From an uncultured delta proteobacterium (lineage in GTDB: Bacteria; Desulfobacterota; RBG-13-43-22), in NCBI GenBank assembly GCA_963790475.1, contig CAWBOS010000010.1:1954945-2018944 (forward strand): DNA of 64,000 nucleotides. The letters are read 5' to 3'. The notes beneath the pieces were generated by a model. The model was not told where the DNA came from, did not search any database, and worked only from the letters and a program-made list of their open reading frames with translations. Every line of letters starts with the position of its first letter. The stretch's first letter is position 1. This document shows, in pieces, positions 39,974-49,739 of this stretch. A program made the position numbers and the translations under genes.

Positions 39974-40339
39974 TCACTTGATAAATTGACTGATTTCTTT
40001 GGCAAAGGTGCGCGTATTTATCGGCTTACCTATAAATCCGCTGTTGGCTATGGCGTTGACCTCTTCTCGGCCTTCTGCCATTACCGAAGCAGTCACAAAA
40101 ACAATGGGAATATAGCCGGTCTCTTTATCTTGACGTAATATATTGGCGGCTTCGGTACCACGCATATCTGGAAGCCGCACATCCATTATTATAATATCCG
40201 GTTTTTCTTTCCGGGCAATGGCGATTCCATCGGCAGCATTTTCCGCTTCAAATACTTCAAAGCCGGCGACCTCCAAGAGGTCTTTTTCCAGCATCAGATT
40301 GTTTCCATTATCATCGACGACTAATGCTTTCTTCCTCAT
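39974..40339 (-). CDS. Single-domain response regulator (DivK/CheY-like)
   Basis: LVVDD, IIMDVRLP, FVTAS and KP. Confidence 0.9.
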   Translation of the reverse strand: MRKKALVVDDNGNNLMLEKDLLEVAGFEVFEAENAADGIAIARKEKPDIIIMDVRLPDMRGTEAANILRQDKETGYIPIVFVTASVMAEGREEVNAIANSGFIGKPINTRTFAKEISQFIK

Positions 40340-40340
40340 C

Positions 40341-41579
40341 TCACACCACCCCCCCGGATACAATAGGCAGAGTAAACCGGACCGAGGTGCCTTTATTTAG
40401 CCCTTCTGATTCTACAGAAAGCTTCCCGCCGTGCAGCTCAACCAGCTTCCGGGAGAGCGGCAAACCGAGTCCGGTCCCCTCGGTTACCCGAGAATATGGG
40501 GTATCGACACGGAAAAACCCTTCAAATATCTTCCCCATGTTTTCAGGTGCGATACCGACCCCCGTATCCCAGACCGTTATTTCTATCTCGGGATCGGCTT
40601 TCTCCGCCCGCATGCCAATTTTACCACCCTCGGCGGTAAATTTAACCGCATTGGAAAGCAGGTTGTAAATTATCTCTTTCACCTTGAGTTCATCGGCCTC
40701 AATATTCGGCAGGTCTTCGTCTATTTCAATCAACATTTCAATCTTTTTTTTGCTGACCATATCCTCTACCAGTCGTGAAATCTCATTTAATAGGCTTTTC
40801 ATAGGTAAGTTCGATAATGTCAGCTTCATCTTTCCGGCTTCAACTTTGGCCATATCGAGTATCTGATTTATCAGTAAGAGAAGGTGCTTCCCGCTGGTTA
40901 GGACGTTATTAACGTATTTCTTCTGCTTCTCATTGAGCGGTCCGAAGGTCTCGTCGTATAAAACCTCAGAGAAACCGTTAATGGAGTTAAGCGGGGTCCT
41001 AAGCTCATGCGACATATTGGCCAAAAATTCAGATTTTACCTTGGCGGTGCGTTTCAACTCGGCGGCCAACTCCTGTAACTCTTCATGGGCTTTTTCCAGA
41101 CCGTTTTCTATCTCCCTGCGTTCGGTGATATCCTCGATGGCCAGGAGGATGATCCGCTCTTTCCCAAACCCCCTCTTAATCTGCCGGGCGTTCAAAAGCA
41201 TTATGCGCCTGCCAATGGTGGCAAAATCGTGTTCCACTTCATAGTTATCAAAGGTTGTCTTTTGGGGAAGGATGGTTTCCAGGAGTTCCCGCAGTTTGGG
41301 GATATCCCACTGTTTATTTCCCAGGTCATAGACAAGCTGACCCACGGTCTCTTTGGGGTTTACCTTAAAAACTTCATAGAAGGAGCGACTGACGGAGACC
41401 ACCCTTAAATCTTGATCCAGAGCGATTAGGGGTTCACGTATGGTGTTGATGATGCTCTCGGCGTATTCGCTGGCTGCATCTTCGGATATTTTAGTCGCGG
41501 CCGGTTCTTTGGCGGCTTTTTCCAGACCATTTTCTATCTCCTGGCGATCGGTGATGTTGCCGGCCATACTCAAGGCCAC
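40341..41579 (-). CDS. PAS histidine kinase (probably N-terminally truncated)
   Basis: PAS domain, FLANMSHELRTPL, NLLSNAVKFT, DTGVGI and GTGLGL. The N-terminus repeats the ITxRxEIENGLEKA PAC linker. Confidence 0.88.
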   Translation of the reverse strand: MALSMAGNITDRQEIENGLEKAAKEPAATKISEDAASEYAESIINTIREPLIALDQDLRVVSVSRSFYEVFKVNPKETVGQLVYDLGNKQWDIPKLRELLETILPQKTTFDNYEVEHDFATIGRRIMLLNARQIKRGFGKERIILLAIEDITERREIENGLEKAHEELQELAAELKRTAKVKSEFLANMSHELRTPLNSINGFSEVLYDETFGPLNEKQKKYVNNVLTSGKHLLLLINQILDMAKVEAGKMKLTLSNLPMKSLLNEISRLVEDMVSKKKIEMLIEIDEDLPNIEADELKVKEIIYNLLSNAVKFTAEGGKIGMRAEKADPEIEITVWDTGVGIAPENMGKIFEGFFRVDTPYSRVTEGTGLGLPLSRKLVELHGGKLSVESEGLNKGTSVRFTLPIVSGGVV

Positions 41580-41781
41580 CTCCTTGTCTCCCCCTCCAAT
41601 TCCTATCCTTGCTTGAACCGAAAGAGGTAAGATTGATCCATCTTTCCGAAAATGGAAGATAAAACTTAATGTATATAGTGCCGTTTATCTATGGAAATGT
41701 CAAATGAAACCGACGGGGTGGAGGGTATCGGTTCACCACCTCTTCGGGGGAGTACCCCGGTTTTAGGTGTCCTTTAGGATA

Positions 41782-41949
41782 TCCGGCACCCCTCAAAATT
41801 TCCCTCCATATTTGGAGGTTCCACCAGATATGGAGGCTGGAAAAATCTTTCAACCTTCTTGGCCAATCTCTCTTATTCATTAAACTTCTGGATATCAGGC
41901 TTGATTCCAACCTTCTTCCTTTCCCCCGGTTGTTGGTAAGCTACTTGCA
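41782..41949 (+). promoter_or_regulatory. Conserved enhancer/sigma54 promoter module, copy 3
   Basis: TCCGGCACCCCTCAAAATTTCCCTCCATATTTGGAGGTTCCACCAGATATGGAGG...GATATCAGGCTTGATTCCA...TGGTAAGCTACTTGCA. Confidence 0.85.
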
Positions 41950-42010
41950 AAGGTATTTGGTATACCTAAAAAAAATTTGAAGAAATAGAATTAATACAAG
42001 GAGGGATACC

Positions 42011-42193
42011 ATGAAATCAAGCAGTAGGGACAAGGCGGAAGGAAAGTTTCACGAAGTGAAGGGAAAGGTCAAGGAGGTCGCCGGGAAAGTCAGCGATAAT
42101 CCTGAGTTGGAAGCTGAAGGTATTGGCGAAAAGATAGCCGGGAAGGTTCAAAAGAAAATCGGCCAGGTGAAGAAAGCCGTCGAGAAACTGTGA
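42011..42193 (+). CDS. CsbD family general stress protein
   Basis: DKAEGKFHEVKGKVKEVAG..LEAEG..EKIAGKVQ. Confidence 0.9.
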   Translation: MKSSSRDKAEGKFHEVKGKVKEVAGKVSDNPELEAEGIGEKIAGKVQKKIGQVKKAVEKL

Positions 42194-42275
42194 AGCCGGT
42201 ACTGCGTCGCACAACCAAGACCGCGACGGCTCTTAGATTTGGGTCAAGGAATCAACAAAAAAAAGGAGGAAGGTT

Positions 42276-42845
42276 ATGGACTTATCGGCCGTAAGCACGA
42301 CACAAATAGCTATAGTCATCGCTGTCGCCGTGGTGGTGGTCGCAGGCATCGCCATCTACTTTTTTTTCCGTAAACGCCGAACGAAAAGGCTAAGGAACCA
42401 ATTTGGTGGCGCTGAATATACCCGCACCGTGAAAGAAGGCGGAGGCCGGCGGAAAGCAGAAGGGGTGCTCGACGAGCGCGCAGAACGAGTGGAGGGCTTG
42501 CACATCCGGCCGCTCGCTCCGGGCGACCGAGCGCGGTTTGTCGAGTCCTGGGGCAAAGTCCAGGCGCGGTTCGTTGACAGCCCCGGAGGTGCCGTATCAG
42601 AAGCCGACCAACTGCTGGGCGATGTGATGTCCAAACGTGGCTATCCGGTAAGCGACTTTGAACAGCGGGTGGCGGATATCTCTGTGGATCATCCACTGGT
42701 TCTCGAAAATTATCGTGCCGCTCACCAAATTGCGCTTCGTCAAACGCAGGGGCAGGCCAGCACCGAAGACTTGCGCCAGGCCATGATTCATTACCGGACG
42801 CTTTTTGAGGAGCTGGTCGGCAAGCCGGAGGCGGAGCGTCCATAG
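42276..42845 (+). CDS. Conserved hypothetical protein with N-terminal membrane anchor
   Basis: AGGAGG RBS, transmembrane segment then RKRRT, VQARFVDSP, RGYP and EDLRQAMIHYR. Confidence 0.8.
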   Translation: MDLSAVSTTQIAIVIAVAVVVVAGIAIYFFFRKRRTKRLRNQFGGAEYTRTVKEGGGRRKAEGVLDERAERVEGLHIRPLAPGDRARFVESWGKVQARFVDSPGGAVSEADQLLGDVMSKRGYPVSDFEQRVADISVDHPLVLENYRAAHQIALRQTQGQASTEDLRQAMIHYRTLFEELVGKPEAERP

Positions 42846-43158
42846 GACGGACAACGACGGGCAAATACTGCAGGACTGAGTGCGAGGCAACGGAAAAGAC
42901 GCCAGAAATCGATTGTCTTTGAAAACACGCCGGACGGAGAAAAGCGTAACAGGCAAACAACAGGCGAGATCATCAATAAGCACAAAGTCGAGATCAAGCA
43001 AGCTGAAGGCGGCCTGAGCGGCAAAAAAGGGGTCAGGCAAGACGAGATGGACGAAGGCAAGGCAAGTCGAATGAGTGCCGAAGAATGCCAATCGCGCGGT
43101 CAAGGGAATAATTCAAAACTGACACAGATGTTCAATAAAGTAAAGGGAGGAAATCACC

Positions 43159-43248
43159 ATGAGTACTACAACGCTCATCGTTATCATCGTCGTGTTGGTC
43201 ATAGTGTTTGGCGGGGGCGGCGGTTACTATTGGAATAGACGACGGTAG
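43159..43248 (+). CDS. 29-aa membrane microprotein
   Basis: GGGAGG RBS; MSTTTLIVIIVVLVIVFGGGGGYYWNRRR. Confidence 0.7.
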   Translation: MSTTTLIVIIVVLVIVFGGGGGYYWNRRR

Positions 43249-43315
43249 CTGTCACTTTTCAAATTTTTTATAGCAAAAAACAAAGTCTTACCAAAAAGAA
43301 GGGAGGTGAAAAGAT

Positions 43316-43603
43316 ATGAAGAAATTAGTAGTATTATTTGTAGCTTTAACGTTTCTCGCGATTTTTACCTTGATTGGCTGCAATCAATCATCGCCACCAC
43401 CTCCAGCAGCGGAGAAGGGAGAACCCGGAGCACCGGGAGCAACCGGAGCGACTGGAGCTTCTGGAGCGCCTGCGCCGGCAGCGGAGAAGGGAGAGCCTGG
43501 AGCACCCGGGGCGTCTGGAGCATCTGGAGCATCCGGAGCAACCGGAGCAACCGGAGCGACTGGAGCCACTGGTGCACCCGCGCCAGCACCAGAAAACAAG
43601 TAG
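43316..43603 (+). CDS. Collagen-like (Gly-X-Y) lipoprotein
   Basis: Lipobox LIGC and two runs of GEP/GAP/GAT/GAS triplets. Confidence 0.8.
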   Translation: MKKLVVLFVALTFLAIFTLIGCNQSSPPPPAAEKGEPGAPGATGATGASGAPAPAAEKGEPGAPGASGASGASGATGATGATGATGAPAPAPENK

Positions 43604-43976
43604 ACTCGGGATATCGGGGTATATCCTCGCCGAAAGGATATACCCTGAGTCTATGAGGACCAGATAGGTGGCATCGTGGACATCGTAGGTATTGAGGATA
43701 TAGGGGGTTCTTGCACGGATTGATTATCAGCCACGACTGGGCTGTTGGTCAGACAGGCATTGATCCGGCAAAGCCGCTCGAGGGAGCACCCGATGCTCAG
43801 ACCGTCCATAAGAGCACGGACTATCTAAGAGCGATCAGGATATAACTGGATTAGGTAGGATGAGGCTGAAATGATTAAGGGAAAAAGAAATAAGAAAGAT
43901 TTTATCAGAAATCACGTGCAACTTTGAAATGGCCAAAATCGGCCAATTCGTTGTAAATAATTACAAATAACCTTTC

Positions 43977-44342
43977 TTAGTCGGGGCTATTAGTCCAGTA
44001 CATATCGCATTGAATCTTCCATGACCCAGAGGGAAAAATCACAATTTTTTTTAATTCATAACCGTTATAAAAGGGGCCACGGTCCCTAATTTCTGTTCTT
44101 TCAAGTAACTTCCCAAATTGATCATAAGAGTTAATCCCTGCCACGACTCCAAAAGCAGTTATTCCTGTTTCATTCTTTATATGAATAGTCATATTATCAG
44201 TAATACCAGATTCATTCTCGTACCAAATTTTCCACCCAGCACAATTTCCTTTTACACAAGGTATGTCTTTCGATTCGCCATACGCCATCCCAGTAATTAA
44301 TAAAAAAAACACAACAAAAAAAATACTATTGATTTTTTTCAT
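43977..44342 (-). CDS. Hypothetical secreted protein (AT-rich)
   Basis: GGGAGG RBS and a signal peptide. Confidence 0.6.
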   Translation of the reverse strand: MKKINSIFFVVFFLLITGMAYGESKDIPCVKGNCAGWKIWYENESGITDNMTIHIKNETGITAFGVVAGINSYDQFGKLLERTEIRDRGPFYNGYELKKIVIFPSGSWKIQCDMYWTNSPD

Positions 44343-44559
44343 ATTAACCTCCCGATAATAGGTTACCAAGAGAAGAACTGAGCCAATATTATATAAAGTC
44401 TATCTCCATTATTACCATAAAGTCAAATTTTTTGAGTCCATTGCATTGATTATGGTTTGAACTCCTTTCTTTTTTCAGAAATGGAAGTTTGAGGAAGAAA
44501 GTCGCACGGTCAAGGATTCCCGCCTCCTTCTTTTCCCTTGATCCTGAACCGGTACATTC

Positions 44560-45000
44560 TGGGCAATCAATCTATCTTGCCGATAATCTCTGCCGCAACA
44601 GGGTATATCTTTTCTCGGTCTTGTTTTTTCTGATGGCAATGACCAAGGCCTTTTTCGTTCCGACCGGCACTACCAAGTTTTTTTCCGCTGGTTACACCGG
44701 TATAAATCAGATTTCTCTGAAGCAGGATCTAATGTTGAATGAGAATGGGAATAACCACAGCCGGGTATTCCGATCCCAGGGACTTATCGATGGATACGTC
44801 GTAGGTGTGGACCAATTCATCCAGGTCGCTGTAGTCATATGTTGTTTTTCGATCATCGATGATCACCGTGACTTCCTGGGCTTCTTCATCGATTTGGATG
44901 ATCCTCCCGATGTCTTCATTGTGGACCTCTTTGTCATAATTATTGGTAATCTGTATGACCCGGTCGTTGACTTTAAAGGTTCTCCGCCCCACAGGATTCC
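44560..45000 (-). pseudogene. RecD2-like helicase C-terminal remnant
   Basis: FKVNDRVIQITNNYDKEV.NEDIG and degenerate YDVSIDKSLGSEYPAV (consensus YAxSIHKSQGSEY), with stops. Confidence 0.8.
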
Positions 45001-45223
45001 CCCCTTCTCCAGGATCGAAGGAAAAGGAAAAACTTCGCTATTTTGAGAAAAAGATCGAAAGGCTGGAAATTCATTTACGAAGGATTAAAGATTTAATGAA
45101 GCATTCCAGAAATTGGAAGTTTTGATGGAGTTTTGGGCCTTAAATTGTACATTTTGGAAAATAGACCCACCGGAGGAGACTTACTATAAATTAACTGATT
45201 GAAATAAAAAAATAAATAAATTT

Positions 45224-45239
45224 TGGCACAATAAATGCT
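45224..45239 (+). promoter_or_regulatory. sigma54 promoter
   Basis: TGGCACAATAAATGCT (GG-N10-GC). Confidence 0.7.
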
Positions 45240-45317
45240 TTCTATACAGATAAATTGAGCTACAAAAAGGTTTAAAATCCTTTTGTATAAATTTTATAGG
45301 GAGGGAGGTGAATTCAG

Positions 45318-45542
45318 ATGAAAAAAATAATTGTTTGGACCATAGCTTTGGTATTTTCCCTTTGTGTTTCTTTAGCTTTTGCCGCCGAAGAACAGAAGGC
45401 CCCAGCTGCACCTGCAACCCCGGTTGAAAAGGCGGAAAAGAAAGTAAAGAGAGCCAAGAAGAAGGTAAGGAGAGCCAAGAAGCAGCTGAAAAAAGAAGAG
45501 AAGAAAGAAGAAGCTCCTGCGGCTCCAGAGGAAAAGAAATAA
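45318..45542 (+). CDS. Small secreted Lys/Ala/Glu-rich protein
   Basis: GGAGG RBS, signal peptide ending AFA and a downstream terminator. It is a paralog of 46359-46658. Confidence 0.78.
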   Translation: MKKIIVWTIALVFSLCVSLAFAAEEQKAPAAPATPVEKAEKKVKRAKKKVRRAKKQLKKEEKKEEAPAAPEEKK

Positions 45543-46358
45543 TCTTTTTTCATAATATTACCATAAAGGGGGATATTGAACTAATCCCCCTTTTTTATTT
45601 CCTTTTCTTGCTGATCTCCCCCGATCTCTTCCTGAAATTAAAACCTATTATAATATCTGATATTAAGCGGTACTTGATTCGCGGATTATGGTTCTTCCCA
45701 GGGTGATGCTGTTCTCCATCAATATTATGAATTATTTATCCACCAGTTACTTTATTCCCGAAATATGCTCCCAGGATCCAAATCCAGCTCCTTTAAAAGA
45801 TCACCAAAATAAGAGCTCGGTCGAATCAAGTCATAAAAGATGCCACCTGTCATTTCGGTCATTAAAGTATAACAGCCATTGTTTTTTGTCATTATCAAAT
45901 CGAAATTGAGCTACAGGATTCTCCGCCCAGATGGAAGGGTCACTATAGTATGGTCTTGTTTCGATGAGGGTAACTTTAGCCCCATAAATTAGTTACCCTT
46001 TTGTAGGGGTTTTAATTTCAAATATTTGATCCTTGGCTCATTAAAACAAAAAACCCCACCTCTCTCTGTTGAGAAATCGGGTCTATTATTCTTCCATTGG
46101 AACTCCTAAATAAGAAGGTTGCCAACAAAAAACTTAATTAATAAATTTACTATTGATTTCCTACACTTCTATCTTCATAAAGTCAATTAAATTTGATACT
46201 TTTTACAAGTTCATCAATTAGAATAGGTTAATTTTTGAATTCAAGAATTTAGTTACCCTGGGGGAGAGGAATAATGAGAGGTATAAACAAAAAGAGTGAA
46301 ACCGGATAACCCGATTTCACCCTTTTTATTGGACGATTAGGTAAGAAGATTACTACTT

Positions 46359-46658
46359 TTATTCCGCCTTCTTTTCTTCCACCTTCTTTTCTGCTGCTTT
46401 CTTGACTTTCTTTACCTTCTTCTTGGCCTTTACTGCAGCCTTTTCAACCTTTTCGCCTGCCTTTACTTCAGCCTTTTCAACTTTTTCGCCTGCCTTTTCT
46501 CCGGCCTTTTCAACCTTTTCGCCTGCCTTTGTCCCAGCCTTTTCAACTTTTGTGGCAGCCTTTTTTTCGGCTGGAGTGGCCGTTTGATCAGCGGCAAAAG
46601 CCATAGAAACAGACAGGGCAAATACCAAAGCCATGGTCCAAACGATGATCTTTTTCAT
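46359..46658 (-). CDS. Small secreted Lys/Ala/Glu-rich repeat protein
   Basis: Same signal peptide (MKKIIVWT.ALVF) and KAGEKVEKA repeats. Confidence 0.8.
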   Translation of the reverse strand: MKKIIVWTMALVFALSVSMAFAADQTATPAEKKAATKVEKAGTKAGEKVEKAGEKAGEKVEKAEVKAGEKVEKAAVKAKKKVKKVKKAAEKKVEEKKAE

Positions 46659-46735
46659 TCAATTCACCTCCCTCCTTACAATTTCTATACAAAAGGTTTT
46701 TTAACCTTTCTGTAGCTAATTTTACTAATTGTATA

Positions 46736-46751
46736 AGCAATTATCATACCA
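46736..46751 (-). promoter_or_regulatory. sigma54 promoter
   Basis: The minus strand reads TGGTATGATAATTGCT (GG-N10-GC), homologous in position to 45224. Confidence 0.65.
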
Positions 46752-47413
46752 AATAATTTATAACCATAATTTCAACTAATTCTATATTTATTAATTTTTA
46801 TCAGACCCCTTATTTTCCAATATCTATAATTTTAGAAGTCTTATCCCTAAAAATCTTCCAATTTATGGAATCCGACATTAAGTATTTTATTCTGTGGAAA
46901 TGAATGTCCAACTTTTCAATCTTTTTTCCCAAGGCCCTGGTTTCTCTTTTTCCTTGGAGACTTCCTCTTGCGGGGCGTTACGCAACAAATCCTCATTGGC
47001 AATATTTTATTAATAAGGGTTTGAAATCCTGGAATTTTTAAAAAAGAGGAGTTTGAGGAAGAACACATTAGCCCATCCCTTCAGAAGAAGAGGCCTCCGG
47101 GAGAGTATCTCGATAGATGGAAAGTGAATCAGGGCTTCCAGATTTATTTTTAAGAAGCCCCCTGGAGGCGTTATTATTAATGCAGTAATAGCTCATCAGT
47201 TGTTCGCCCAGGCCAGGGATATGGGAGGTCATGCCGTCAGCCAATTTAAGGCAAGGAAGATTTTTTCTCGTCGGTTGTCCTTGGATTGGTATATGATACA
47301 AGATGCGGCAATCAGGCAAGACGCAACAATACTCAGCCAAAACGTTCCTATCATGATAACTGCTTAGAAGGGCATTCCCCTTTTATGGGAGGCACAACCA
47401 GGATCGACCGACC

Positions 47414-48469
47414 TCAATGAGCGATCAACATCAATCCCACAATGCCGATAACGAATGCCAGTATAGCGACCACCGAATCGAGCCCCAGTCGTAAATAACG
47501 TTTTGCGGGACGCATGACAACCGATGACGCATAAAGTGTCGTCAGCAGAATTCCAACTGCGGCCAGCCAGCCGTTCTCAACGCCCGATTGCGGCAAGGCG
47601 GGTGTGCCGGCGATAATATCAGCCAGTACGAATAGGCAGATCTGGAACGCATTACCACCGAAAACGTCGCTCATCACCAATTGATTATCTCCGAGACGCA
47701 CCGCAGCTATGCCAGTGCTGATTTCGGGCAGGGCACTGGCGGCGGCAAGGATGGTCGCACCGAACACAATGCCGTTTACATGAAACCGATCAGCGAGAGC
47801 AGCACCGCTTTGTGCGAGCGCCACACCGGCGGCCAGCGTCACAATTGATCCGGCAAGGAACAGCAGAAATATGCGGGTCGTGCTCCACTTCTCGTATGGA
47901 TGGTGGACCTTGGGATGTGGGATGCGACGGTGTGGCCGTCCTGATTTGCTTCCTTTCATTGTGATCTCCCAGGCCGGGGAGTTTCGCACTTTGTTCAGCA
48001 TGGCGATACCGAGCGCCCATACCACGACGATCAAAATCGAGGCGGGGCTCACTCCGAAGAGGGCAACCGACGGCGGCAGCATCGCGCCCATGAAAACGAT
48101 GGCCACAATGACCACGACGAGCGACGCCTCCAGCACCGGCATCAGGCTGCCAACAAGGTAGCTGAGCGGCTTCTTACCCTTCACAAACATGTCGCAGATG
48201 ACGAGCACCATCGTCTGCAACGCGATGCCGCCTATGAGATTGCCGGCGGCCAGCGGAAGGTTATGTTGAGCGGCGGCGGATATTGTAATAGCCACTTCGG
48301 GCAGGCTGCCGGCCGCCGATAGCAGGATCATCCCCCCGAGAGCCTCCCCGAACTTCCATCGGAAATCGAGGACGTCGGTCGTCCGCGAGAGGTAGACACC
48401 GGCAATCCACGTGGCGATAGCTCCGGCCGAAAAGATTCCGACCAGGACAAAGGTGCTGAGGTTCTCCAC
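47414..48469 (-). CDS. Sodium:calcium (CaCA) antiporter family protein
   Basis: Alpha repeats AGSLPEVA..GNLIGG and ASALPEIS..DVFGGN. GC content is visibly higher than the flanks. Confidence 0.88.
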   Translation of the reverse strand: MENLSTFVLVGIFSAGAIATWIAGVYLSRTTDVLDFRWKFGEALGGMILLSAAGSLPEVAITISAAAQHNLPLAAGNLIGGIALQTMVLVICDMFVKGKKPLSYLVGSLMPVLEASLVVVIVAIVFMGAMLPPSVALFGVSPASILIVVVWALGIAMLNKVRNSPAWEITMKGSKSGRPHRRIPHPKVHHPYEKWSTTRIFLLFLAGSIVTLAAGVALAQSGAALADRFHVNGIVFGATILAAASALPEISTGIAAVRLGDNQLVMSDVFGGNAFQICLFVLADIIAGTPALPQSGVENGWLAAVGILLTTLYASSVVMRPAKRYLRLGLDSVVAILAFVIGIVGLMLIAH

Positions 48470-48672
48470 GGCTTGAGTCTCCTTCGGTAAAACTGCCTTT
48501 CCTTATAGAACTCTCTCAAAGTCGATATAGCCACGCTCCACATCCCCGCGATCCAGTTGCACGCGGAGTTCGTGGCCGACGTTCATGCCTTCAAAACCGC
48601 TCTTCCAGTCTCTCTTCGTCCTTGGGATACCATGGCTCTTTATTATCAGAACAGGACATGACAGTACGGATT

Positions 48673-48780
48673 TCATCCTGCAGATCCGCAAATAGGACAA
48701 ACAAGCTCTAATTGGGTAGCGCACTCATTGCAGAACTTAGCACCCTCTGGATTCTCGTGCAGACATTTAGGACATTTCAT
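48673..48780 (-). pseudogene. Double zinc-ribbon N-terminal remnant
   Basis: GGAGG RBS; [32 protein letters not shown] followed by an early stop. Confidence 0.7.
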
Positions 48781-48831
48781 TTTTCACTATCCTCCAATGA
48801 TCGGGCTGACTGTTACCGAACGGCGCATTCG

Positions 48832-48954
48832 AAAAACAAAAACCCCATGTTTGGTTGAGAAATGAGGTTTGCAAAATTCCTCCATATACTTGCCTTTCTT
48901 TGGGTAAAGCGGCCTTGTGGAGGACGGGTCAAATTGCTCATCTGCCTATTGAAT
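48832..48954 (-). ncRNA. Candidate structured RNA/leader, copy A (unidentified family)
   Basis: GTGTATAAT -10 at 48962-48970, stem TCCTCCA..TGGAGGA, inner CTTT-ACCC-AAAG and a terminator with U tract. Homologous to 59070-59193. Confidence 0.5.
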
Positions 48955-49051
48955 AAAATGGATTATACACGATTTTAGGAATAGTAAATAGGTGGTTTTT
49001 CAAAATGCTGGAACCCTTGTCCATCGCAAAAAAATGATGATTCGCGAAAGA

Positions 49052-49138
49052 GATTAACCTCTTGGCTAAGTGGCGGTCATGTCAGTTCCGAAAAAAGCTA
49101 CCACATTCCAAGCCGTCCACTTCAGCCGATTGTTCAGC
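49052..49138 (-). mobile_element. Isolated integron attC-like site
   Basis: The minus strand reads GCTGAAC-AATCGGCTGAAGTGGACGG...CCGCCACTTAGCC-AAGAG-GTTAATC, an imperfect palindrome with extrahelical bases lying downstream of a small ORF. Confidence 0.65.
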
Positions 49139-49185
49139 CTTATAAAGCACGATTTGACTCCCGAACCTTTTGATTTTCCCAACCC

Positions 49186-49404
49186 TCAATGAGCTACGTT
49201 CCCCGACTGCCTCGATTTAGGCGGAGGGTAAACAGCCCTTGCAATCATGGCCGAGAGCCACCCGATCACCCATCCAAGGAAGACTATGCACAAGGTGTGG
49301 GCAGTGTCTTTGCTGGCTTCAGATGAAACAACAGCCAAAATGACAGCCCATACAACAGCACAGCCGATGCTGTATGAAGTATAGGTTTTGAGCGACAGTT
49401 TCAT
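49186..49404 (-). CDS. Small two-TM hypothetical protein (possible gene cassette)
   Basis: GGAGG RBS and two hydrophobic helices, followed by the attC-like site. Confidence 0.65.
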   Translation of the reverse strand: MKLSLKTYTSYSIGCAVVWAVILAVVSSEASKDTAHTLCIVFLGWVIGWLSAMIARAVYPPPKSRQSGNVAH

Positions 49405-49739
49405 TCCGTCATCTTCCTCCGTCTCCCTGCCTAAAAAATTATTCAACAGTTTTCCGGATAATATCAGAAAGATTCGCCATCTTCAATAAAGACGATTTCG
49501 GTTTGAACTATTCTGTTTTTTTAAAAATGAGGGTCTGCGGACTACAGGAACGAATTCTCCCACCAAAAGCTTATCAAGGAGAAAGTGTTCATTAAGAAAA
49601 AACTAAACTTGACAGCCTGTAAAATGTTAAGCCATGACTCTTACAATCTGCCTATACAAATGTTGATTTGAAGGACAGTGTCAAAATATGCGGGATAAAG
49701 TGTATTGATTTAGGATCGTTTATCATGAATCTGACAAAA

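Noticed and set aside
44489-45046. 185-aa plus-strand ORF
   Set aside because: It is the antisense shadow of the recD2 remnant.
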